64,000 nt of DNA from Nageia nagi (taxonomy: Eukaryota > Plantae > Pinophyta): the NCBI GenBank assembly GCA_050084985.1, contig JBITNC010000002.1:27156001-27220000 (forward strand), given 5' to 3'. Below the pieces are notes generated by a model that saw nothing but the letters and a program-made list of their open reading frames with translations, had not been told where the DNA came from and ran no database searches. The translations under genes and the position numbers were made by a program. Below are positions 26,870 to 40,251 of this stretch, piece by piece. Numbering within the stretch: position 1 is the stretch's first letter; each line of letters opens with the position of its first letter.

Positions 26870-27888
26870 GTAAGATTTCTTTCATTTCCCGTTGATCTGA
26901 AATTCTTTAACACATTGTTGTTGGTGGATATTTTTCTTATGGAACAAACAAGGAAATAAGATCTTGATTTGCAATTAATTTTGTAATGGTGTACTACCAG
27001 TTATGTCCATGTCATGAAGGATCTTCAGTCCATATAAGTTTAAACCTGGCATACACAAGATTTACTTAGGGAAATAGGGATTGTGATGTTTTTCGCAGAC
27101 GAAACTATGTTGTGATGCAGCAGTCTCAAGTGCATGATTAGAGTGAAGTTCAACTGACTTGATTAGGTTATGAAGGCTACAAATATTTGGAAGGCACAGG
27201 TCAGTTTCATAAAGACTAAATATATACCTTGGATACTTTGGGATGGTAAGCCATGCTCTTGGCATAGAAACAGCAGAATTAGGCTCTTAAGGGAAGGTGT
27301 GAGATAAACCTTCGTATTAAGTGCATTTAGGACTCTTTTTAATGAATACAATTAAATCTGATAGTTGACAATGCCACCCATACGCGAAACCCTGATTCTC
27401 TAGCCAGTCAATAGATTTTAATGTATGCACTCATACATATTGCAGGATGCTAGCCTTACTATTTTGATGAATAGCAAAGCGTCAAATGTTTGGGTAAAAT
27501 TGTTGGTGTCGAAATGTTGCATATAACAGTCAATTTAAATATTGTTGGCTTTCAAGCTTTAGTTTTTACGGTCCCTAATTTTCAAATATAGTAGACACTG
27601 TTCAGCTTTTGCAAAATTGTTTGCAGATCTTTTGTCATTCCTATTTTCTATTAGCTGTAAAATCTCTCATTTTTTTGTTTAACTTGTGAGCTGGCCCATA
27701 TCATTCACTTATTTTTGACCATCTACAGTCATCATATTGTCACTACGAGTACTATCTTAAGGTCCTTCTAGATTTGGAATTTATAAATCTGGAACCTTTT
27801 TTCATGGTTTAGTTAATTGTGCAGCTTTTCTATACTCATTAAATCAAGTTTTGAAATTTGCATAAACTAACGAGAAACTTATAAATAG

Positions 27889-27982
27889 GTGGAGGGCAAT
27901 GTTTCGCATTGCAAGTTTTCCAGGGTTTCTAGTTTTAGTCGGCATGCAATTTACAGCTGAAAGCCCTCGTTGGCTTGGTAAT
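27889..27982 (+). CDS. Sugar transporter exon (WRAMFRIASFPGFLVLVGMQFTAESPRWLGN)
   Basis: aaatag| acceptor, AAT|gtaggt donor; ESPRWL motif. Confidence 0.92.
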
Positions 27983-28080
27983 GTAGGTAATAGCGTTCGT
28001 TGGAACTTTAAACTTTTTGTTTTTCATGTTCTTCATATGTTACTTTCAAGTACAATGCAAATGCAACCTTTCTAATATAG

Positions 28081-28237
28081 GTTGGAAGATGGGAAGAAGC
28101 CAAAGCAGTCATCTCTGACCTCTGGGGAAAATCTGAAGTTGAGAGTTCTTTGAGAGAGTTAAAAGATGCAAACAAGCTGAATGCAAACTGTCAAGAGGTC
28201 AAGTGGTCAGAGCTACTCTTAAAACGGCACTATAAAG
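28081..28237 (+). CDS. Sugar transporter exon, central loop (VGRWEEAKAVISDLWG...WSELLLKRHYK)
   Basis: atatag| acceptor, AAG|gtgact donor. Confidence 0.92.
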
Positions 28238-31200
28238 GTGACTATTCTTTTTAAGAAATTTCTGTCAATAGTTGATCCTTTTATTTTTAATTTTTATGTT
28301 TTGGGCTAACTGATCCCTGTATCATATTGATACATATGCGCACATAGAAGTTTCAATCTAGATGGAAAAATTACTTAACATGTGATAGTACTGATCTCTG
28401 CAAGTTTACATTTAGTCAATGAATTACTTGTGGTGTATCTAATGCTCAATATTAGAACTCCAGGAAATCTATTCAATATCAACAAACAAATTGTTTGATG
28501 ACACATTTTAGTTCCTATTAAGAAATAAAAAAATGAAATCAACAGTTTCCACATGATAAAATGATCTGCCTTTTCTAGTAAGAAATAGTAGGATAACAAA
28601 AATTGTGATCCTAGTTAAGATTATACTGATATCATCATCTAATGAAGTATAGAAATGACAATGAAGTCCTAATGTATTACAAATCTCAACAAATTGCTTC
28701 TTTGGATACAAAAATGGTATAAGTGGTAGCAGAGCTTTATTTTTGAAAATATTTGATGGCTCACATAGGAAAATTGTTCCTAGTGAAGCAGTAATGGAAT
28801 ATTTTGCTATGTGAGAGCAGGTGCCAAGATTCCAATTGGTATGGATAATGATGGTGAGGAGCTTCTCAAGCCATAAAGAGAATCAGAGTGCATGTTCGAC
28901 AATAATTGTAGGATGCTTCTTCCATTGCACAACGATCAGGGTACCGATTATAATGACACTTAATAGTAAAATAGGAGCAATAATTATATGAAGAGAAATA
29001 AGATGTTCTTGCAGAGGCTTGTAAAGTGTAATAGGATGAAGAATAAGTAGTGGCTATCGAACTTGAATAACCTTCAGACAATAAGATGCTAAGCTTGAAG
29101 AAGAACTTCTTGACATAACGAAGATTATAGTAGACAAGACATTCAAGCTAGGATTAAACTTTCCACCTCTTAACTCAAAAAGAGATAATAACAAAATTTT
29201 GTTAGTAAAGGATACATTTACAAACACTTGAATCAAGGAAAGAATATTCATCCTCAAATATTTTTTTTCTTAGTGAATCAAAGAGGTCTCTATTGGGGTC
29301 CTTGGCCCCTGGAAAAAATCACAACTTACCAACATTAAAACATTACTTCTAAATTAAGATGCATGTTCAAGACCTCATTTATTTAGGAGATACAAAGTTG
29401 TTTTGAGCAAAGTGATTGGCTTCTAGCTTTCTAAGACAAAGCTATCTTTATGTTGTATCCTGTTGGAGCTTCTCCTCCAAAGCATGCATAGTTGATACTT
29501 GATACCATAGGTCAAAAAAGTGGATTCAGCCAATATTTGTTTGGGTCCAAGCATAGGATATTTGGTGATTTGACAAATTACTTGGCAAAAAAAAGGAAAA
29601 AAATCCAATTTTAAATAAAGTGCAACATATATTTTGGATTAAAAAATAAAAAATACAGTGTTTTTATCAACAAAACATATGGCAAATTGTTTATTACAAA
29701 ATGTGGTAAATTATTTGGCAATTATGCAACAAAAAAAAATCTGATTTCAGATAAAGGGCAGCATTTTTTTGCATTAAATATGAAAACTACTTTTTGTTTT
29801 TGTTATCAAAATATTTATTACAAACACATCAATGATGTGCTCTCTTTTTCCTCTTTGCCTTTATTGCTATGGTGGATGTTTGTGTTGTTGTTGGTGCTTC
29901 TTATGTGGCTCCAAGTTCACATGCATCTCCCTCAATGCATTGTATATCCTCCTCCTTGAAACAACTTTCTCTTGCTTGCAAAATTTCACTTTGAAGCTTT
30001 GTGAACCATTCAAAAGAGGGATTAATCTCATCCAAATTGATCACATCACGATCGACTCCAATTGTTTGTTGACGGCGAAGCATGAGATTGTAATGTAGAT
30101 ATATCTAGTTGTTGAGCTATTCTTGAGTCAACCTAGTGCACCTTTTGGAGTGTATGTTCTCAAATATACTCCAATAACGCTTACATCCAATAGAGCTACA
30201 AGGTTAGGAAAAAATTCAGACCGCTAGTTGTTATAGGAAAGGCACTTTTGCACCAAAGGACTCCGACCATACAATTGAAAAAAAAAAACTAAATTAAAAA
30301 TCAAATATAAAAGATAAAATAAATGTTACCTAGATTTTTGATTGCACATGACCTAATGTAAATTGTACTCGAGAGAAGATAACCCTCTGCATTCTTGGAG
30401 ATCTATAGCTTTCTTTGTAGTTGAGCTATTTTTTGCTCATCTTGGACCACCCTCTCGAGGATAATATAAAGCCTAGTAAGAAATTCATTAGTGGCCAAAA
30501 ATGTCGTAAAAATATTTAAGATTAAGATGATAGCCTGCTGCATGAATGGGCTTATGAATTTGACTTGACCATCTACAATCAATTAACTCCCAAAAATAAT
30601 GATACTTGTCTAGTATGTGTTTATAATATCCTACGGTGGCCTTATCCATGACTTAAATCATAGTATATTAATTTGGACTTGGGAAAAATCCGGCTAGGGG
30701 GGAAATTTTAAAATTTGGAGAATATTCAGGTAAAATTTGCGTAATGAAAAATGACAAATTCAAAACAAATTCAACATTTTTTTTAAAAAGAAACGACAAA
30801 TTCAGGAAAAATTCGCATTAAATTAAAAAACATGCAAAGTTTTTATTTTTTTTATAGAATATGCTTATCTAATTGCCACACATCATTCCTATATGGGCCA
30901 TATCATCCAACACATTCATGACATAAATTTAAAGAAAATGATTGTGGATCATAATTCATAATATCATATTCATAAATCATAACATCGATATACAAAACCA
31001 TGTGAAATAAAAAGTCATCTACAAAGTGTATTAGAATTATAACTCATAAGTCTATTGTCTCATATTGCCAACTTAAGTGCCAAAGTGCCAACCGACAACC
31101 AGTACAAGAAAATAGTAAATACCTAAGTCACTAAATAGTAAACACTAATAGTGCAACTATCAAGTCATCAACATGAAGATCTAGCCCTCTTCTTAGTCAT

Positions 31201-32657
31201 ATGGCCACCACTACCAGTACCACAACCAAGTGCTCCACTAGCAGGTGTAATAGGAGAGGGTGGTCCCCTAGTAGGTGGCATAAGAGTGTAATGAGCTTGA
31301 TGTGCCAATTTCAAAGCACTCCTACGCATCTTGGGCCTTGGCCTTTGGTACGAAAGGAGATGATTCGAACTATTATCCACGGGCATAGTCTCAGCGTTAG
31401 GATCAATCTACTCCAGAGGTCCAACACCGAAGTGCACAAGAGGCAATGGATCGTCGAAGTGCACAACAACAACTATATCCTCCTCCTCCACAACCTTCTC
31501 CTAGTCCAAGTCCACACTCATGTTTGCAATTCTATCAATATGCTCCTCCAGGTCAATTCATGCAACTCGAAACTCTTGGTTTACTAGGTCCTCTTTACGT
31601 CGCATGGAGGCGCATCACTAAATGTAGGATCTCTCACCAAAGAACGCTTGGCGAGATCTTGTACATCCACATGTCTCTATAGCTCCACCAAAACCAAAGA
31701 AACCAAGTGACATCTTATACGTCTCCATGTCCTTTAAGATTCGAGCATACTTGGTAGGATCTCTCACCATAGTGCATATGCATTTTGATACCTACGTTTA
31801 ATATCATTAAAAAAATTAAAAATACTATATTATTAACCAAAAGCTTCATAGATTTTGTTGCAATACTTTAAGTTTAAACTTACCCCTTTCGTAACCTCAT
31901 GATGTTTCAAAATTTTGAAGCCTAGTGCAAATAATAAGCTAGGGTTCAACATGGCTCCCACTGCATGAATAGGGCGATGGAGCATGTTGTCCCATCACTC
32001 ATCAATGATGTTCCAAATGATGTTGAACTTATCACCAAACTCATTCTCAACATCTAGATGGTCCTCATAATATTTTTTAATGCTCTCCTTGGCCCTATAC
32101 ATGGCCTCATACAAGTATCCCATAGCAGGCCTATCCCCATCAACTAGGTAGAGGACGACAACAACTGGCCTAGTTACCAAACAAATCTCTCTGACCCCAT
32201 TCGAAAATTCGTGTCTACCTACCAAAATAGTCACCTCTTGGCCCTTTGGTCTTCTGCTCAAGGCGGTGGAAAGCCACTCTCTAAAAATAAACATTGCCCA
32301 ATGGTCGGACATGGTTCTGATCAATGATTGAAGGGAGATGAAATTGAAGGCAAATTGTGTGGCTTCTAGGTGCAACAACTCCTTGTTGAGGTTGTATCGC
32401 CTCATCATGATAAGAACTATGGATTTATTATAAATGTACTTAATGATTGACCTTGCTTGGTCAACCACCTTTCTCATGGAATCCAATTTCCCTGTGCTCT
32501 TCAAAATGAGATCAATGCAATGGGCATTGCATGAAGTTTAGAAGATGGTGGGATACTTGTCCATAAGCAATTTCCCATCTATAATATAGTTTCTAGCGTT
32601 GTTTGTAATCACCTAGACAACATGCTCCGCTCTCACCTCTTGCAGAAACTGGTCTAA

Positions 32658-33441
32658 TGTAATGTCCCAAATAAGTCCTTGATCCAAAATTATTAGTCAA
32701 TTAAGTAATGAATAAGAAAATGAACAAGATCAAGCATTCACACCACAAAACATGCCAATGCACAAGCCAAAATGGAGGAGAAATGCCAACATCTCAATAT
32801 AAAGCATGAAATGATCAAGATACAACCAAATAGGCCCAAGAGGGCTGATGTCTGGCTCAAGGGACCAGATCTAGGGCATACACTCCTCAAATGCTGACTC
32901 CTCACTTCTAGGGCCTTCAACCCCTAGATTTGATTGCAAGTCTGGATTGGTCTGAGGGTCTGCATCCTCAACCAAGACCTAGTGAGGACTACGTCCCACT
33001 AGCTCCTTCCTTACGCTAGGTTTCTGTCCAACTAGAGGCCCAAGAGATGGTGTTGCCCCTCCAAAGATAGAAGATGCCAAATATACTCAATGATGCCTCT
33101 TGAGTTTTGTGCCAACCATATAAACAGGAATCTTCCAGTGTTGGTCATCCACACACCCCTCAAGGTGACGTCATGCTTTGGTGCCTTGGGATCACTCCAA
33201 ATCATGCGCCTAGCCTCGAATCATGCGTTGTGCCTTGGGATCCATATTATGACACTTAAATGCTCCTAATCTATCCTTAGGAGGGAGATGTCCCACTTGG
33301 GGCTCACAATTGGTCCATGGGACCCATATGTCTCCTATCCAAGGTTACAATAATGCCAAAGTACAAATGCAATAAATAAGTAATCACTTCTAATTACAAA
33401 AGTACTCCTAAAAGGAACGTCCCATGAAAGGGGACGTTATA
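32658..33441 (-). mobile_element. Solo LTR, family A (784 bp), inside the hAT-1 transposase
   Basis: TGTAATGTCCC...GGGACGTTATA (CA decayed to TA); perfect TSD TCTAA; removal restores KLLFILLD|QFLQEV. Confidence 0.9.
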
Positions 33442-35164
33442 TCTAATAATATGAATAACAGTTTTGAATCCTTTACTTGTGCAGATGCATCAACTAATCT
33501 CATGAATATTGTGCCACATGGGCAATACACAAGGAAATTAATTAGGGTTCTACCCTCTTGTCTCCACCTGTTAGATATTATGGTGCAAGTTGTTATCTTC
33601 CAAGTCTCTTGAATTGAAGACAATTTGAAAAAACAAAAACAAAATAAAACAACTAAAAGTTAAAATACAACTCTATAAAAAATTAAAATGTGACTAAAAA
33701 GTTAAAAATTGCAAGTAAAGAAATATTTTAAAAATATAATGATTAAAATTTTATGTACCTATCCAAGCACTCCTTGAGATCTTGCATAATAGGCCCTTGC
33801 ACTTCTACATAAGTAGGGACCTTGTACCCAACCCTCGCACAAACTACATCAAACATTGGTTGCCAATAAGGGCTTCTGGTAATGTTGATTCGTAACCCTT
33901 CATAATATATCAGCTTGGCCACTAACAAATTTGCTTTTTTCTTCTCATTCTTGTTTAATGTACTTGCAATAGATGGTAGAATTCCAGGTGTTGTTCATGG
34001 CCCAAAGCAGGGAGAGAATCCAACAAGTTGAGAAGCACCAATACCAAAAGCATAAGTTTGACTATGACTTATACTTCCAGCACTAGAAGACATCCCTACT
34101 CTTAGCTCCGTTTGAATTGCAACTTTCCTAGCCCTTCTTTGTATTGTAGAGTCTAAGTCCCTATTTGCCTCAAGAATAAGGTCTGCACTTGCACCTGAGA
34201 AAACTTCCACACCTCTCTGTGTTTGTTGAGAAACATGGACTTTGAACCTATGAATCCCTCCAACGAAAACCGTTTGACATAAGTTACATTGTATCTTCCC
34301 TAGAATACTTGGTTTGGGCCCCAAAGTTTTTACTTACTGCCAAAAAGGATCCAAGTTGATATGTAATTTCTTAAGTTGAGAGCTTTCAAGGAAATCGTAA
34401 ACTACAAATTTATTAATACGTCGAAGTATGGAAACAAGACAAAGATGTGCACATCAACTATTTGATTAAACATGCAAGTTAATTCACTCTATCATAAATT
34501 AAAACAGGAATGAAAATGCAAGCATACACAAACAATTGAAATAGATATTTAAGATGTTCCTCTCACTGTAACAGCAACCATCAAATCCAACAATTACTAT
34601 GCATAAATTTACAAGGATGAAATCCTTTTCCATGTCCTCAACACAGTATTAAATCACTTCAACAATCCTCAATAGAACTCAGTCTACAATTGGTTTTCCA
34701 AACTCCATCATCTCTCGTATCAACCTCGCGAACAACCTTTTAACTCTCTTAATGTCATTTTAGTTCATCTCCAACTGATTCAATTGTTGTTTGACATGTG
34801 GCAAGTTGTACAATGTGTGGAAGAGAAGACCAACGGAAGTCGGGCCATTTTTGAGAAAGTCGGGTTGTTATCCGGGTAGCCGCACCATGATTCACAAAGA
34901 TGGGTCATTTCCGGGAAGATCAATGATCATTGGCCCATGTCTGAGAAGATAAACGGTCATTGGGCCATTTTTAAGAAAGTTGCACCATTTAACAATGTTG
35001 TTGCTTCCTGAAGACGCGACGTTAGCAACACCTATGCCGCACTCTGGCAAGCCTCAACATTGGTTGCCGCACCACAAAGCCGTATTGTTAGCATGATGCC
35101 AGCAGAAGAAATGCCACACTTTGACACACAAGAGGTGTTGCGCCCCGACAAAGCCTTTTACATT

Positions 35165-35400
35165 GCATGACGTGTTGTGAAGTTGATGATGTCAACAAAA
35201 GGAATGTTGCACTCCGAAGATGCATTTCCTCGATTGCAGCAAATGATGATGTCAGAAAAAGGAATGCTGCACTCCGACAATGCATTTCCTTGATTGTGGC
35301 AAATAATGATGTCAGCAAAAGTAATGTCGAACAACAACAATGCATTTCTCGGACCACGACAGATGATGACGTCAGCAACAGAGTCCCAGATCGTGACAAA
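35165..35400. repeat. About 4 x 60-bp tandem repeat within the Gypsy LTR (about 3 copies again at 38880-39050)
   Basis: gatgatgtca.caaaaggaatg..gcactccga..atgcatttcct units. Confidence 0.8.
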
Positions 35401-35410
35401 GAGAAAAACA

Positions 35411-35834
35411 TGTTGGATATGGCTCATCCTTTGCAAAGGAAGTACTGTACATCGGGCCCCTACCTTGGCAGTTTGGCGGCAGTGCCCCTAGAATTTTTTT
35501 TTTGAGGATTCACCTGAGGTTCACCTATTTTCACATGGTGTTGGTGGGATTTACAAGGTTTCGTCTTAGTGCAAGGATGGGTGGTTTGGCCCATGGTTTT
35601 CTAATACCATATTGTGGTTTAGGGTTGAAATTTTTCCTATTTATTCATTGTGATGAGCCATTTGTGGCGAGTTATTCATTGTAAGCAATAATATAGGAGG
35701 AGAAGCTCTTGACATGTTGGAGTAGCTCACATTGGGTGAACCAAGGTAAATCTCATGTGTTTGTGAGATTGTTGTGTTCTGATTAATTCGCTTTTGCACT
35801 ATAATTTCAAAATAGGTTTAGATAAGACTCTTCA
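35411..35834. mobile_element. Short solo LTR (424 bp, possibly Copia-type) inserted in the Gypsy 3' LTR
   Basis: TGTTGGA...CTCTTCA; perfect TSD AAACA (35406-35410, 35835-35839); absent from the partner LTR near 39060. Confidence 0.82.
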
Positions 35835-36002
35835 AAACAAGCGTGCAACTCATGAAAATGCTCCACATGTATTCGACAACTCGCGACAATGAGGGAAAAC
35901 ACCCTAAAACACCATATAAACATCAAAACAAGATCAAATTCACCATGAGGACCTATGGCAAAATCCACACTCGAAATCTGATATTCGGATCACACCTCCC
36001 CA

Positions 36003-37992
36003 ATGGGAAGTGCATTTTGTCCACAAAATGCTTAGGTCTTGACAAGGTGAGGAAACAAGTCCTCAACCTTGCCCACTTTGTTGTTCTTGGAAGCTTCCCT
36101 TTCAACCCAACAAGCCATATTTCTTATTGTCCTCTCCGTGCATGCCTTACTTTCTTTTGCAAAACTGAGTCCTCCTTCAACTCATCCATTGTGGTAGGTG
36201 CAAGTTCTTCAATGGATGGTAAAATTGTTCCTAACTCAACTTCATCTTCATTTATCATGGAAGGTTCAAACAACTTTAGGTGTTCAACATTAATAACTGA
36301 ATAAATATGCATGTAGGCAAGTAAGTCAAGTATGAAGGCATCATCACTCACTTGCTCAATGATATTAAAAGGCCCATACCTGATTGGTTTCAGCTTCTTT
36401 GAAGGTCCCTCTAACCTTTCTTTACTGAGATGTAACCACACCTGATCACCAACTTGAAACTTGTGATCAGTCCTACGTTTATCATGCCTCAGTTTGTATT
36501 TGGCTTAACTTGTTTTGAGTTGTTCGTACACCTTGAGATGAACAAATTTGATTGTTTCAATGAATTTCTCAGCTTGTTGCTCTTCCTTTTCCAAGGTTGC
36601 ATCAAAATCAATTTGTTGCCCAAAAACACAATCAAATCGTGAAGATGGAACGTATCCAAAACATGTTTCAAAAGGAATCTTACTTGTGGAAGTGTGGATT
36701 GCTCTATTGTAAGAATGTTGAATGTATGCATGATGTTCATCCCACTATTTTGGATGTTTGCCACAAGTAACCCCTAAGCAACTACACAATAGTCCTATTC
36801 ACGACCTCAGTTTGGCCATCGGTTTGAGGGTGAAAGTTTGTGCTTTGGTTTAACTTAGTGTCCATTTTTTCCCACAAGGTTTTCTATAACTTACCTAATA
36901 ATCTACTATCTCGATCTGAAACAATAGAACTAGGTAGTCCGAAATGTACCCACACATGAGAGAAAAACAAGTTTGCTGCAATTTGTCCAGTTATAATCTT
37001 TTTATAGGGTATTAAAAAACATATCTTGCTAAATCTATCAACAACAACAAACAAATAGTTATGTCCCCTTTTTTCATAGGTAAACCACCCACAAAGTCCA
37101 TTGATATGCTCTCCCAAGACTTGCTAGGAACTGACAATGGCTGATATAACACCAACTTTCTATTACTAGGCTTACTCGTGCAACATAAAACACACCCCCT
37201 AATGTATTTTGCAACTTGCTCTTGCATTTTGGACAAGTACACTTACCTTTGCAAGTTAGCCACTTTCTTACCAACTCCAAAGTGTCTAGAAATCTGAGAT
37301 GTACGGGTTTCTGTAATGAGTTGCACTCTTTCTCCTTGAGACACACACTGAGCATTTTCCTTATACAACAATCCCTCATTCATAAATAATCAATCTCATC
37401 ATCACATCTACTGTTATGAATCAACTTCAAATAAATATCTTTGAAATCAAGATCATTAAGGTATGGCTCTTTGTATGATTCTTGCACAAAAGGAAAAAGT
37501 TTGAGAATAGTACTCAAACCTGAAACAATAGTTTGTATTGGTGGCCTAGACAACATGTTTGCAATTTTTTGTACTTCCATTTTTATACTTGATTATGAGA
37601 TGGTACTACTGTAAGAAACCCATTCATTGGAAATGTCTTACTTGCTGCAATTTGGATTGAGTTTGCAGGTATTTCAATGGTTGGTGCTCAGTATGTATGA
37701 TGGTCACTTTACTAGCCAAATAATGTTTCCATTTCTTAACATCCTGTACTAGAGCATATAGTTCTTTGTCATACATCAGATAGTTTAACACTACTCTGCT
37801 ATGCTTCTTTGAATGATAACACACGAGTTTCCTGCATTGCATCAACACCGCTTCAATCGCATATTCTATGGCATCCGTTTCTATCTCAAAGGGTTGTTGC
37901 AAATTGGGCAATGCTAAGACAAGTGCATTGACAACTTTCGCCTTCAAGGTATCAAATGCACTATGTTGTTTCCTTCCCCATTGGAAATGAAA
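36003..37992 (-). pseudogene. Gypsy pol remnant: RT connection, RNase H, integrase, chromodomain-like tail
   Basis: FQWG.KQ..AFDTLK, LALPNLQQPFEIETDA, YDKELYALVQ.VKKWKHYL, WESISMDFVGGLP, VVVDRFSK, FGLPSSIVSDRDSR, KLKPIRYGPF. Confidence 0.92.
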
Positions 37993-38870
37993 CCTTTTGT
38001 CGAGGTGTGACACCTCTTATGTTGATGTCATCAGTCTAGTTTTGTGGCGTTCAGTGGTGAGGGCTTTGTCAGAGTGCGACATTTCTTCTGCTGGTGTCAT
38101 GTTGATGTCACGGCTTCATGGTGTGGCGACCAATGTTGAGGCTTATTAGAGTGTAGCATAGGTATTGCTGACATCACGTCTTCAAGGCACGACAATGTTG
38201 TTAAATGGTGTAGCTTCCTTCGAATTTGCCTAGCAACTGTTGATCTTCTTAGCCATGGCTCGACGGTGGTTGATCTTCCCAAGAATGACCCAACTTTGTG
38301 AATCATGGTGCGGCTACCCAGATAATGACCCGACTTTATTGGAAATGGCCCAACGATCATTGATCTTCTCTTCCAAACGTTGTATGACTTTCCATGCATC
38401 AAACGATAGTTGAATCGGTTGGAGATGAACTGAAACGATATCAGGGGAGTTAAAAAGCAGTTCGCATGGCTTATATGGGAAACAATGGAGTTTGGAAAAC
38501 CAGTTGCAGATTGAGTTCTGTTGAGGGTTGTAGATGTTTGCATGTTGAAGTGATTTAATCCTATGTTGAGGACACAAAAAAGGATTTCATCCTTGTTGTA
38601 AATTTCTACATAGTAATTAATGGATTTGATGGTTGTTGTTACAGGGGATGTACTCTCACAATGAAAGGAACCTCATAAATATTTGTGTCAATTGTTTGTG
38701 TATGCTTGCGTTTTCATTCCTGTTTGAATTTACGATAGAGTGAATTAACCTACATGTTTAATTGAATAGTTGATGCATACATCTTTGTCTTGTTTCCATA
38801 CACTGTCGTATTAATTAATCTATAGTTTACAATTTCCTTGAAAGCTCTTAGCTTAGGAAATTACAAATCA
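37993..38870 (+). repeat. Inverted copy of the LTR terminal segment 34357-~35157
   Basis: Reverse complement from 38870 reads tgatttgtaatttcctaagctaagagctttcaaggaaat, matching 34357 tgatatgtaatttcttaagttgagagctttcaaggaaat; similarity continues to ~37993 / ~35157. Confidence 0.88.
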
Positions 38871-40251
38871 TGTATTGCATGCTGTGTTGTGAAGCTGATG
38901 ATGTCAATAGAAGGAATGTTGCACTATTGTGACGCATTTCCTCGACTCAGTAGATGATGATGTCAGCAGAATTAATGCCGAACAACAAGGATGCATTTCC
39001 CGAATCGCAACAAACGATGATGTCAGCAACAAAGTCCCAAATTGCTGCAAAGAGCAATACATGCCTACAACTTGTAGCAATTCTCCACACATGTTCGACA
39101 ACTCGTGACAATGTGGGAAAACACCCTAAACCACCAGATAAAAATCAAAACAAGATCAAATTCACCATGAGGACCTCTGGCAAAATCCACACTTCAAATC
39201 TGATCTCCGGATCACAAGTCTTTAGGCATTTTGATTAGATTGTAGAATGCAAGAGAAATGAGGAGATTTGAAGTGTAGCCCCAAAAATCTTCTCCCGTCA
39301 GCTCCAAAACACAAAATGATCTTGCATAATGCTCCCCTTAGCTCCAAATCGCAAGCAAAATGCTCCCCTAGCTCCAAATCACGAGCAAAATGCTCCCCTC
39401 AACTTATTTCTTACTCCCCTCAATTCTTGTCTTGTTCCCCTCAGCTCCTGTCTTGCTCCCCTCAAGCTTGCAAAGAGAAATGACAAAAAAGGAGCTTTTT
39501 CTATTTAACCCCCAATTCGTCGTTTTGTCCCTGTCAAGCTATGTTTTTGTGGCACTTTTCACCTTTTTTGGCATTTATATGTACTTTTTTCCATGATTTT
39601 TTCCATGTTTTCACATTTTTTGTTTTTTTTAATGTGTGCATTTTCATGGTGATTTTCATGTTTTTTTTGGCATCTATACGTGATTTTTTCACCTTTTTGG
39701 CGATTTTGTTGTGTTTTGATTTTGCTAGTTATGCCATTTTTTGTACAAGTTCGCTACTTTTAAGGGAAAATTGCAGAAAAAATCATATAAAAAGTGTGGG
39801 GAAAAAATGTCAAAGTATGCCTTTTCTAGGGAAAAATTCGTTAGTTTTTAGATATTGTGATTATTTGCGATTTTGACGTTTATTTCCCATTTTTTTAAAT
39901 ACTAATATATGCAGCCTCTATATTCATGTATTAGCATTCAAATGTGAGCAATTGGAGTGTTGTTGAATTCTATTTGCTGTTCTCTGCTCTAAGCACCAAC
40001 ATGGTATTTGAACTCTGCACCAACAATTGTCAAAGCATATTCACCATAACACCGTTGTATGGTGAGTTTGCAACACTAAATGGAATGTTACAAAAATACG
40101 AAAAATTTACCATCTCTTTTTTAGTCTCAACAAATTGTTGGCCACCCAGATTCCTTTGAGGAACAAAAAATGATCTAGCAACAAATTGTGACTAGAAGCT
40201 AAATTCGGTTCTAGAATTATGATGAACCCTAGGCCCAATGTTGCTATGAAT

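Larger units (their letters stand above)
34357..39214 (-). mobile_element. Ty3/Gypsy retrotransposon with gag, protease and most of RT deleted and the 5' LTR partly inverted
   Basis: TGAT...ATCA termini; perfect TSD CAAGT (34352-34356, 39215-39219); 3' LTR 34357-35992 with polypurine tract (plus-strand cctcccc) at 35995-36001; LTR direct match 35843-35992 vs ~39065-39214. Confidence 0.88.
31170..39229 (-). pseudogene. hAT-1 transposase pseudogene (zf-BED, DUF659-type core), split by a Gypsy element and a solo LTR
   Basis: MPKD|LDPFWQ rejoins across 34357-39214; KIQCNLCQ..GGIHRFKVH; RTLINFLVYCPCGTIFMRLVDAS; VITNNARNY; CNAHCIDLIL; VDGDRPAMGYLYEAMYRAKE. Confidence 0.88.
30659..39906 (-). mobile_element. 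hAT transposon (hAT-1) with decayed transposase; ends approximate, no TSD found
   Basis: Left end catagtatattaatttgg resembles the TIR of 41315-43049; tgctccccta/tgctcccctc subterminal repeats at 39290-39465. Confidence 0.65.

Noticed and set aside
26870-27888. U12-type intron
   Set aside because: The donor is GTAAGA rather than GTATCCTT, and no TCCTTAAC branch site is present.
28700-29130. Plus-strand transposase-like remnant
   Set aside because: Only a vague acidic stretch with many stops; not supportable.
35088-35505. Several overlapping 65-112 aa ORFs
   Set aside because: Produced by the stop-poor 60-bp tandem repeat in the Gypsy LTR.
30206-40221. Additional TIR element between hAT-3 and hAT-1
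   Set aside because: A TIR-like right end (ttctagaattatg, 40221) exists, but no left end or TSD was found.
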